Source: Podarcis pityusensis (taxonomy: Eukaryota). From it: a stretch of DNA of 64,000 nt. A program made the translations under genes and the position numbers. The notes beneath the pieces were generated by a model. That model saw only the letters and a program-made list of their open reading frames with translations. It had not been told where the DNA came from and ran no database searches. Of this stretch, positions 1 through 10,800 are shown piece by piece. The stretch lies in assembly GCA_964106645.2 (NCBI GenBank), contig OZ067046.1, one strand, 5' to 3'. Positions within the stretch are counted from its first letter, which is position 1, and every line of letters starts with the position of its first letter.

Positions 1-1150
1 GCCCAGCAGTCACAAAATGGTGGTGCAGGGGCAGAACAAGTTGCAAAATGGTGGCAAGGCAGAGTTTGGCACAAGGAGCTGGCAATCACTTGCATGATTT
101 TCTACTGGTATCAAATCAATCTTTGGAAATGGCTATTTTTTACCTCAGCATTTTCGTTGCAGCAAGGAATCCACTACGTCAGTTTTCCTAGTGCTAAATA
201 CAGGCACTTTTTCTGGTCCTGTTTCTTCTGATATCCCCCATTTTCCATTCCTGGTTTGTCTGTTGTTGATTACGTATGTCATATATTAGCTTTTTACCTC
301 ACTTTCTAACTTCCTTCAACATCTCCTCAGTTTCTTTTCCCTTAGTGGAGGAAGACATTTCCCTCCTCTCCCCTGCCAACTTCTCTGTCTCCCCAGCCCC
401 GTTATCTCAGCATGTAAGAAATTATGGGTGCTGGCATGGGTATGCTGAACACATTTAGTGAAGGGTTTTGTTTAAAAACAAGCTTCTGTATCGTGTATTT
501 GTACATTAACAGATATTTTAGGCTATATATTTTCTGGTGGGAGTGTTTTCCTGCAGGAGGGGAGCTGACAGGAAAAAAATAACAATCACCTTTAAGGACA
601 ATCAAAGATGAAGGAGAAGAATGTTTGGAGGGGCTTTTGACCTTGCAGCAGAGGGATGAGGGAAAATGGTTGTGGGAAAAGCATCCATGTTGAAAGAATA
701 GTAACTCTGGCTAGAGAATAAGAGATTACATTTACTGCTGGAATATCATCTTGGCTGTGAGTCCTGCAAGCCCTGCTCCCTGCTTTCTTCCAACTGTCCT
801 GGGACTGACTCTAGGTAGAAATGATGAGGCTGCTGAACAGACTCTGGGTGGGGGCATTGCTTAGGGATTTTTGCTGAGGGCGTGTTATTGTTGCTGTTAT
901 TGATATTAATTTGTGTAGCTTTATTATGATTTATGTGGAAATTGTTCAGTTTGGTTGTGTACTTTTTGATGTTTTAATTATCCCTTATCTAGTTGTTCAG
1001 TTTGGTTGTGTACTTTTTGATGTTTTAATTATCCCTCATGACTACTTTTGCTGTATTTTGAATTGTGCATTTCTTTTCATGGTGTAAGCCACCTGAAACA
1101 TGGCTGTAACTGGAAAGGTGGCATGCAGATAAAATGATGTATGTATGTTT
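1..1150. repeat. Local duplication, copy 1 (continues off the left edge of the window)
   Basis: Colinear with 1829-4007, e.g. gcccagcagtcacaaaatggtggtgcagggg at both 1 and 1829. Confidence 0.92.
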
Positions 1151-1503
1151 GCTGCTTGGAGACCTACGCTCTATTATACACACTGGGACTTACTTCTAAG
1201 TATATATGTACAGGATTGTGCTGTAATGTTACAAGAAATACAACCGACCGTATTACTACATTATAAATCCATCCTTCCTACAAGGATGATGAATGGGTGA
1301 CAATATTTACAGAAGCAATATATAAACTGTGCTGATCTCTCTAAACAAAAAACAAAAAATACACATGTAATAAATACACTACATAATTTATCTCAGTAAT
1401 CCTCAAATTCTGTAGCACAGAACATCTTTAGTACATATAACTGATAACTCTATGTCCACTTTGGCAAAACAAAAAACAAAAATACCACAACCAAAGCATA
1501 AGC

Positions 1504-1642
1504 CAAGGACAGGGAACCTGCAGTTCTTCCAGATGTTTCTGGACTACAACTCATATGACCCCTGCTCAATGGCCATGATGGCTGTAGCAGGTGAGCGTTG
1601 AAGTTCATCAGCATTTTGAGGGCCACAGGTTCCCCCATTCCT
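1504..1642. mobile_element. Degenerate palindromic hAT-derived MITE
   Basis: gggaacctgcag..tccagatgtt..ggactacaactc / gaagttc..cagcatt.gagggccacaggttccc inverted arms, typical of squamate MITEs. Confidence 0.7.
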
Positions 1643-2453
1643 ACTTTAAGTTGTTAAAGTAAGAACTTAGCTTTAGAAGGATTCCCGCCACCGCCACCCC
1701 CCATAGAAGCTTTTATACTTCACTATTTGGATTAAAAGTAGCAGGCAGTATTATTTAGGATTAACTAGATCATAAATTATTAAACTGTTTGCTCCCAGGG
1801 CCCACTAAGATGTCTGACAATGACTGCGGCCCAGCAGTCACAAAATGGTGGTGCAGGGGCAGAAGAAGTTACAAAATGGTGGCAAGGCAGAGTTTGGCAC
1901 AAGGAGCTGGCAATCTCTTGCATGATTTTCTACTAGTATCAAATCAATCTTTGGAAATGACTATTTTTTACCTCAGCATTTTCCTTGCAGCAAGAAATCC
2001 ACTACGTCAGTTTTCCTAGTGCTAAATACTGGCACTTTTTCTGGTGGCATTAGGAAAGCTTTAAGTGCGGAAAGCTTTTGCTTTTATATTTTCATATTTC
2101 CACCCAGTCTCTCAAAAATATTTGACCCATCTCTTGTGGTTTTTTTTCCCATTTTCTCTTCCATGGCCAGGTACATTCACTTTTTTGTCCTGTTTCTTCT
2201 GATACCCCCCTTTTACATTCCCAGTTTGTCTGTTGTTGATTATGTTATATATTAGCCTTTTACCTCACTTTCTAACTTCCTTCAACATCTCCTCAGTTCC
2301 TCTTCCCTTAGCAGAGGAAGACATTTTCCTCCTCTCCCCTGCCAACTTTGTTTTCCCTGCCCTGTTATCTCAGCATGCAAGGAGTTTTGGGTGCTGGCAT
2401 GGGTATATTGAACACATTTAGTGAAGGATTTCATTTAAAAACAAGCTTTTGTA

Positions 2454-3037
2454 CAGGGTGGTTAAAAATCAATGATTTAAATTTTAAAAGATCAGATTTT
2501 TTATTTAAATCGGATTTTTAAAAATTTAAATCAGATTTTTAAAATAAAATGCTTTTGGAGGAAAAATCTTTCTGTTTAAGTTACAGTATAGTCCAAAGGC
2601 TATACTGGAAATAAGGATTTGTTTTAAGTTTTTCATGTGTGCTAAAACTCAGTCTAAGTTTGTTTTTTAAGTTCAACCACATCAATTAACAAACATGGAT
2701 ACATATGCTGTAATATTACTGCTTTAGTTAAATAAATTGTTTAAATTGTTATTAAGGGCATGATTATTTTTCTCCTTCCAATAAAGTACAAATATAAAGG
2801 TAACTTAGTAAACCTCACAATAATTTCATAATTATCTGTCTATGTATTTCTAATAGTATAACTCAGTGATTTTTTATGTAAGTGTAAAAACTACTCTGAA
2901 AATTTATTATTCCGGAAATGAAACCTTCATCTGGTTGTAAATATTAAGATTAAACCAGCAAGAATGAGTCTTTCTGTAAAAAAAGTGTGATGTAAATCAA
3001 GTCTTATTGACTAGTAATTTAAATCAAATCCCCCCTG
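2454..3037. mobile_element. Non-autonomous hAT DNA transposon, 584 bp
   Basis: Perfect 8-bp TSD CTTTTGTA (2446-2453 and 3038-3045); CAGGG...CCCTG termini; subterminal GATTTAAAT repeats; empty site in copy 1 at about 483-490. Confidence 0.88.
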
Positions 3038-3316
3038 CTTTTGTATCGTGTATTTCTGGTGGAATGTTTTCCTGCAGGAGGGGACTTGACAGGAAAAAAA
3101 TAAAAAGCACCTTTAAGGACAATCTAAGATGAGGGAGAAGAATGTTTGGAGGGGATTTTGACCGTTGCAGCAGAGGGATGGGGGGGGGGGATGGTTGGGA
3201 AGAAAGCATCCATGTTGAAAGAGTAGTAATTCCAGCCAGAGAATAAGGGATTACATTTACTGCTGGAATATCATCTTGGCTGTGAGTCGTGGAGGGCCTG
3301 CTCCCTGCCTTCTTCC

Positions 3317-3612
3317 TCCCTCCCTTCCTTTCTTCTTCTTTTTCTTTAATAAACATTTTTACTCGATTTTCCAATACAAATTTATTTTTTAAAAATTCAT
3401 ATACATATTCATATACAGAGATTTCCCCCAAATCTCAGGACTAACCCCCACCCCAACGCCTCCCTGGATCTTAAACTGCATCTTCTTCTTAAACTGCATT
3501 CTATCAATCGGTATTTCCCCTGGTAATTTTTACACTACAAGTGAAATCAAAATCCTGCCAATGTTTCCATCTGCTTACAGTGGTTTTTATGTAAAAAAAA
3601 TTATTTGATCTT
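3317..3612 (-). mobile_element. 5'-truncated LINE (L1-like) 3' end
   Basis: 13-bp TSD CCTGCCTTCTTCC (3304-3316 and 3613-3625); minus strand encodes HCKQMETLAGF* followed by a UTR and an A/G-rich tail; absent from copy 1. Confidence 0.75.
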
Positions 3613-3692
3613 CCTGCCTTCTTCCAACTGTCGGGGGGGGGGCTTGACTGATGATGATGAGGCTGCTGAACAGACTCTGGGTGGGGGCATTG

Positions 3693-3760
3693 TTAGCTGC
3701 CCTGAGCCCAACTTCAGCTGGGGAGGGCGGGATATAAATAAAAGTTTATTTATTATTATT
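3693..3760 (+). mobile_element. Very short LINE 3'-tail insertion (L2/CR1-clade-like)
   Basis: agctgccctgagccc...gggagggcgggatataaataaa(tta)n; short TSD ATTG; absent from copy 1. Confidence 0.7.
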
Positions 3761-4728
3761 ATTGCTTAGGGGTTTTTGCTGAGGGAGTGTTATTGTTGCT
3801 GTTATTGATATTAATTTGTGTAGCTTTATTTTGTAACCAAAATCGTTCAGTTTGGTTGTGTACTTTTTGATGTTTTATTTATCCCTTATGACTACTTTTG
3901 CTGTATTTTGAATTGTGCATTTCTTTTCATGGTGTAAGCCACTTGGAGCATGGCTATTAACCGTGGAAATGTGGCATGCAAATAAAATGATGTACGTATG
4001 TATGTTTACACTGGCGACTCACAGAAATCCTCTCAAGGTCAAGTTTTAATTAAATGGTAATTCTGTATCTTGGCTTTATCAGCACGGGTGTGTGTTTCAT
4101 ATGGTATAATGCTTCTTCATTTTTATTTTTTTAATCGGTTCACATAGAAAATTGCCATGTCAGGAAGAAGACTAGGTTTTAACGACTGTATTTCCCTGGC
4201 AGCTACTTTTCTATTTACAGGGATTTCCATTATTACTGAGGAGCACTCAGACATCTGAACCCCCACCTGATATAGTACTGCTCAGATACAGTTTTATTGA
4301 GAATGGGGCTTAAGTGGCTTTGCAAATCTGTCAACATTGACTATGAATTGTTGGAAACATAGTGAGGAAAGAAAGGAGCACCAAGTTGAGAAAAGGCAAC
4401 AAAAGGATTGAAGGCTGCATTCTTCTAGAGTTGGTTTTAAAACAAACATGATGCCAAGGAGCTGAGTCTTAATTCATTAGCATCATTTAGTGAACATTAG
4501 CGTAGCTGTCGTTATATAAGGCCAGGGCTTTACAAGTCTTGGTGAAATGTCATTGTATAAGCTAAAGATCTGCTGGTGTCGCTATATTAGCTCAGGGCAG
4601 CCTCTAGTAGTGGCACAGAGACTAGCAAGCACAGCTGCACATGCAGTTCTCTCCCATAAATATGAATAGCAAAGCCTAAGAAAACATCCAAGACAGCACA
4701 AAACAATACGGAGATCATTAACATTATA

Positions 4729-4734
4729 TTTATT
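4729..4734 (-). terminator. Polyadenylation signal AATAAA with downstream GU/U-rich element
   Basis: Minus strand reads AATAAAtataatgttaatgatctccgtattgttttgtgctgtctt; a second AATAAA lies at about 5797-5802. Confidence 0.6.
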
Positions 4735-4790
4735 TATATTCCAGCTTCATACAAACTGGATAGAAGCATAAACATAGTACATTTCTACCA

Positions 4791-4938
4791 NNNNNNNNNN
4801 NNNNNNNNNNNNNNNNNNNNNNNNNNNNNNNNNNNNNNNNNNNNNNNNNNNNNNNNNNNNNNNNNNNNNNNNNNNNNNNNNNNNNNNNNNNNNNNNNNNN
4901 NNNNNNNNNNNNNNNNNNNNNNNNNNNNNNNNNNNNNN
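4791..4938. other. Assembly gap (148 N) inside the 3'UTR
   Basis: Run of N. Confidence 0.99.
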
Positions 4939-6262
4939 CACTTGACATCACAGAGTGAACTGAGATTAGCAGTCCTATGGTCTACAATTACTTAATGCCT
5001 ATATAACATTTGTGCAACTTGTGATACAGCTAGGTTTGTTCTGTCTTGCTATATGCACATGTGGTCCATACCCTATATAATGAAACTGGCAAATGCATAT
5101 TACATGTAAAATTACAAATGTATAATTGACAATGTGATATATGAGCAAATAAGACAAAAGCCATGAATACAGGAGAAAGAGAATAATTAAATAAAGCACT
5201 GACATAATTCAATACAGTGAAAAAACACTGCAATTTGATCTTTAGAAGTTGAAGTTATTTACGTTTATCTACTGATCAATATGATCAGCTGAGTTCAATG
5301 AAAAAAAATTCCAAGACCAGCAGTTCCTCACATCTGAGTACTGCTCAGATTGGCAGCCTTCACTTTTCCGGAGTCTGTGCAAAACCAACACAAAAACAGA
5401 AAGTAGGGGGTGTCATTTCATTTCAGTCACTCAAGGATTAATAGCAGCTGTGAGCATGTGATTGCTACCCGATTGACCTTCTCTATACATGCAGTGTTCC
5501 ATAAAAGTAATCCACAGTTGTGAATATTTTTGCACTGCTAAGGCTGGTAGATCTTCAGAGATTGCTCCTCTTTATAAAAAGGTTGTATCACTTCCTAATG
5601 CAAAGCCAATAAAAAGAGCCTATTACATCACTATTAAGGGTTGGCATTAGTTGCAGTGTCCTGCATTGCCTTAACTGTAGTATTATCCTCATAATTTTGT
5701 GTGTGACAACTGTTAGTGTATTATAAGGATGATAAAAAGGAAAAAATATTTGAAGTAAAAGATGGAATTGCCATTTGTCAAAGTGCGACAAATGTTTTTA
5801 TTCACCATTCTGTATTCCTCAAGGCACAGGAAAGGGATGCAAAATGGATTTGCATCTATTAAAATGCAAGACTAATTGCCCTGCATCATTATAGATGCAA
5901 ATTAGCAATACCAGCAATTCCAAAACTGATCAACTGTGCTCCGAATGTGGAACACTAAAAATGAAGGTTGAAGGTCAATGAAAGGCCGAATCCTCCCTAT
6001 AGACCACCCTTACTTAGATACACTATAGCTTTTTAAAAACCGCTTCTTAAAAAGTACAAAATAATACTGAAATTATGCAGGTGTAACTCCCCCCCCCCGA
6101 ATACAACATTTAGAGTAGCAACAAAGGCATTGTAAACAAGCAAACAAGCACTGTGTACTTGAAGGAATTCAACATGTTTCTCTTAGTAGGGTAAAGGCCA
6201 AATGTAGCTTGTCAACTAGTTGATTTCATTATCCCAACGAGGTGAAGTGCACGGATTGTGAT

Positions 6263-7421
6263 CAGCGGCAGGGCACGCCGTGGGGTGGGGCACGCCGTGG
6301 GGTGGGGTATGCCGTCGGAATGACTGCGTCCTTCTCAGCCGTCCTTCCTCGGATCTTAATCACAATCAGAGGCGTAGAGTGAGGGGTGCTGGGGGGCGTC
6401 GCCCCAGGTGCAATCTTGTGAGGGGGGTGCTGGGTGCCAGAGCTGCTGCATCCTTCTCAGCTGGAGGGCAATAACTTCACAGTATTTCACATGCAAGGGA
6501 GAGATGTGACGGCTTCATGCGCCGGCCCCACACTGCTTTTGTGGGGATTGTGGGACCTGTAGGGCGCTCAAGCCACTGCGTCCCCCTCAGCCACCCTTTG
6601 GCTGGAGGGCACTCAGAAGAGATGTGGCAGCTTGGGTACCCTGCAAAAGCAGCGAGAAGCCGCAAAAGCAGTGTGGAGCCGGCGCATGGAGCCGCCACAT
6701 CTCTCCCTTACATGTGAAATACTGTGAAGAAATTGTCCTGGCACTTTTCAAACTGTGTTGCTTGAAATGCACAGTGCAGCGTTTTCCCCAGCTACCGCTG
6801 TCGCCGTCTTCCACATCACAGTATCATTCATATTACAGCTGTATGAGAGGACTAAAAAATTCTAAATAGGCCAAGGCTTTACAACCGAAAGAGGGTATCT
6901 CTTCTCCATCATTGAACCAGCCAGAAATACATGTCAGCATTTTTCTTAGTTGGGAATCAAAAACATGTACTTCCAACATCTACACATCACAATGAATAAC
7001 TGACTGTACTTCCCCAATGCCTGGAAGCATTTAAAACCTTCCTCAGATCTTAATCACAATTACAGGCGTAGGTTGGGGCGTGCTGGGGGGGACATCGCCC
7101 CGAGTGCAGTCTTGGGAGGGGGGCACAGGGTACCAGAGCTGCTGAATCCTTCACAGTTGGAAAGACGCAGCAGCTCCATGTGCCGGCCCCACACTGCTTT
7201 TGAGGGCAGCGCAGGACCTGCAGGGTGCCCAAGCCACCACATCTCTTCTGGGCGCCCTTTAGCTGGAGGGTGGCTATGGGGAACACTGAGGGTCCCACGT
7301 TGCCTGCAAAAGCAGCACGGGGCCAGCGCATAAAGCCGCCACAGCCCTCTGGCTGAGAAGGAAGCAGCAGCTCCGGTGCCCTCTGTGCCCCCCCAGCAGC
7401 CCCCACCCCACTATACCTCTG
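6263..7421. mobile_element. Composite hAT-type non-autonomous element in the 3'UTR, carrying copied flanking DNA
   Basis: 8-bp TSD ATTGTGAT (6255-6262) / AATGTGAT (7422-7429); CAG...CTG ends; GC-rich nested inverted repeats. Confidence 0.75.
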
Positions 7422-7806
7422 AATGTGATTAAGATCTGAGGAAGGTTTTAAAAAATGCTTCCAGGCATTTGAGAAGTGCAGTCAGTTATTCATTGTGATG
7501 CGTAGATGTTGGAAGTTAGAATGATACTGTGATGTGGCAGACAGCAACAGTGGTAGCTGGGAAACCGCTGCACTGTGCATTTCAAGCAACACGGTTTGAA
7601 AAGAGCCAGGGCAATTTCTTCACAGTATTTCACATGCAAGGGAAGAAGAGTGCGGGAGGAAGGGGGAGAAGCCCCATGCTGCTTTAAGGCAGGGAAGGAG
7701 GCAAACAGGTCCACCATCCTTTAGAGTTCCAAGGCTCCTATACTAGGGGCGTCGTCTTGTGCTCTCCTTTAAGTTGGCTCACGCAGTATCCAGAAAGCCC
7801 CAGTTC

Positions 7807-7832
7807 TTAGACGGCAGAGACTTGCTCATCTT
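7807..7832 (-). CDS. RAPGEF2: RAPGEF2 last coding exon (EDEQVSAV*)
   Basis: ttgcag|AAGATGAGCAAGTCTCTGCCGTCTAA; class I PDZ-binding C-terminus. Confidence 0.95.
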
Positions 7833-10800
7833 CTGCAAACACAACAGGATAGGAGGTAAATAAATCTCAAGGTATTTAGAACTAAAATAGCCAATGTATT
7901 TATATGTTAGGCTTGTTCACTTGTAACACTAAACCCAGAGTGTAGCATGCACATTCACTCTCCATGCCCTTTCCTGTGCAGCCAGGATCAGGACTTTGGA
8001 AAATAAGGTAAATACTAGCCATGAATTCTCGCTAGTTGGTACATAGGAATCAGATATTAGAGTTTAACTAACCAAATTATGTTTTGAAACAAGCCAGCTT
8101 CATAACCTACGGTTTTAAAGTTGGTCTGTTTAGAACAGGGCTGGCAAACCTGTGGCACACTGACTAATCTTGACCCACAAGGCCATTTCGCACACTCACT
8201 TGTCCATCAGCCAAGGGCAAAGTACCTCCCTCTGTTATCTGTTTCAGCAGCATATTCACGTGGTGAGCAGAGAGTTATAGGATCTGGCTGGTAACAGGCA
8301 TACTCAGCCAAAGCCCTGCAGTACACTTTAAACCACTGGTTGGGTTGTTTGCAAAAGGGCTTTCAAATATCCCTTGATGGTGCTTTGAAGTCTCAAAAGT
8401 GCAGGCTGCAAAGCACAATGCTACCTGATGATTGACAAGTGGACAGCACTACTCACATGTCAAATTACAACCCCCAGAGGTGGGGAGATAAGGATTTGGT
8501 CTACCAGTCAGAAAAATGTCCCCAACCGACTTTAGAAACTAACCAGAGTCTGTTTTAAGCTCCAATCTCTAGTTGATCAGTAATAAGTCAGGTTTCTTTA
8601 ACACTGGAAGTAAATACTAGCAAAAGCCTTCTCAGGCTGTCCAGCAGAAGCTGAATGGGTGAAGCAAGAGCCTTTGTTTGAGTCTGTGTACATAGTGCTA
8701 AACTATAATTTTACTTTTGCATGTGAACCCGCTCACTGTGTTTACATCTCTCTCAAGTAAATACTGAACCTTCTGAACCTTATGTTTCTTTCAGCATGGC
8801 TCTTCCATTTACCCTTTAGGTTAAAATATCATTTGGCTGCTTTGCCATCTCCACTTTAATTTTACCAAATCAGACTGTTTTTAACATTCAACTCAGTAAA
8901 GTTCTAATGCTTGCTACAAACACCTTGCTACAAACATTACATGGCCCTGCACTTGACTCAATATTAAGTTACAATCCTGAGAGCATTGATGTGCTGCAGA
9001 GGAAGTGCAAACTTTACAGCTTTTTAGTCTACAAAGTATTTGAAGACCTCTTGGATTTTACACCAAAAGAAGAATTCTACCCATGGAAAATCCTCCCTCT
9101 TAGAACCACGATATACACCGCATAAAAACAATCAATAAATGATTGGATGACCTGCCAGCACTTCCGTCATAAGAACAAGAAACAAAGCCAGAAACACTTC
9201 TGAGCTCAGAGCTGGATAAAAGTACACACCCTCTCTTGCACCTGCATAAACTGTTCTGGATGCAAAAGCACTTATGGAAACGAACCCTTAACTTATTATT
9301 TTCAAAATGTTATAAGATGTTTACCATCCTCCTCTGTGGAAAACCCTTGAGACTGATAGTGAACCAGATGTGGGTCTGACTCATTTGGTTTGTGCCACTG
9401 AGGTTTTCCCACAGGCCTGCTAGATGGAGGACCCTGTGGTTGCTGCTGTGAAGCTGAAGTCCCAGGGGCTTCACTTGACCGTGCCACCATCCTAGACCTT
9501 TGAAGTGCCACGTTGTAATCCGGAGGTTTTCGGGCTGGGTGGGAAACTCCTTCAGCAAAGTCAGCAATAGGTATTCCTACATAACCAGGCGGGGTTGGTG
9601 GTGGTTCACGATAGCGGCCCTCTTTTCGAGCTGCAGTAAAATAGTGCATCATCAGCAATGATAATCATTTACATGTATTTGTTACAACTACTATCTATGC
9701 CTGTACTTAGTTCTATTATGTCATAATCCTGGTAGCTCTGATGTGCTTCCAAGGGAGTTGAACAACTTGGCATTAAAAACAACCACAGTATGGACATGAG
9801 GCAGCCCAAAAGTAAAGGCATTTACATTTCACTGAGTCCAAATGAGAGTTGAGCACATTCTTAAAGCTTTCCCATTCAAATCAATGGAATCTAAAAGTGC
9901 TTAATCCTGGCTGGATTATACAGGCACATCCATACCAAATACCTATACACCTACATATTAATTTTATATATATTATGCAATTAAAAACATGGACATAAGC
10001 AAAGCTACAAAGAAAAAGAACAAGTGAAATAGAAGATAACTAATACAAAACCTGAGCCAATTATAGAAAGCAGCTTGTGATAACACTTAAATTATGTATA
10101 TAGGGCATGGTGACATCTTGAAAAAGAATCTCAAACTTAGATTTGTAAAGAACACAGTTGATACAAAGACACTGTGAAGCATAGACAATATATGACTGTG
10201 CTTTCATCTTCTAGCAAAAAAAAGAGAGAAATAGCACTAAACCACTTTGCATATTGAAGTATATACAGTTCTCTCACTTGAGGTGATATTCTGACAAGAT
10301 TCATGTTTTGCCTAATTCTCTCAGCATAGTTAAATAAAAATAAAAAGTATTTATAGCTCAAATAATAAAGCACATATATTGTGCTCAGGTTCGGAGTTCT
10401 GTACTCCTTCCTTATGCATCATTAATATACTTTTAAATGCCTATATTGTCTTTCCAAAAAGAAGTTATCCAAGATGGTTCACAAAACAACATAAAGAATA
10501 AATACATGAATTAGCTGTAATAAGTGAGAAGGAATCTTAAAATCCAGGAAGTAAAATATTTAAGATAAGCCAAAGAAATGTGCTCCCTATTATGGGGGGG
10601 GGGGGGGCATGGCGAAAATACTCAACGACTTAAAAGTGAGGGCAGGAAGATCATTATGTGATCATGTAATTGTGTAGCCCAGGGATGTGAATTTCAGGAC
10701 AAGGGACTAAATGCAGTCCTTTGGACCACTCTAGTCAACCCTTGGCCACACACCTCACTGGTTCTGCTCCATACCCATCCTCTGAGTGCCTTTGCCTGGT

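Larger units (their letters stand above)
1829..4007. repeat. Local duplication, copy 2, with three TE insertions
   Basis: Colinear with 1-1150 once the insertions at 2454-3037, 3317-3612 and 3693-3760 are removed. Confidence 0.92.
4710..7806 (-). other. RAPGEF2: RAPGEF2 3'UTR (end approximate)
   Basis: Follows the stop codon; AU-rich with many miRNA seed matches; ends near the AATAAA at 4729-4734. Confidence 0.7.

Noticed and set aside
4205-4315. Plus-strand acceptor-like site (ttttctatttacag|GG) suggesting a convergent gene
   Set aside because: Only a short ORF follows; there is no recognisable protein and no partner exons, and the upstream region is repeat-derived.
4730-4951. ORFs made of X residues
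   Set aside because: Artefacts of the N gap.
5848-5902. SECIS element (AUGA plus apical AA in a 3'UTR hairpin)
   Set aside because: The 3' GA of the non-Watson-Crick quartet is missing (UUUU opposite), and the CDS ends in TAA with no in-frame TGA.
6280-7717. ORFs sharing PLHVKYCEEI(V/A)LALFK on opposite strands
   Set aside because: A by-product of the inverted duplication of 3'UTR sequence; no evidence of coding.
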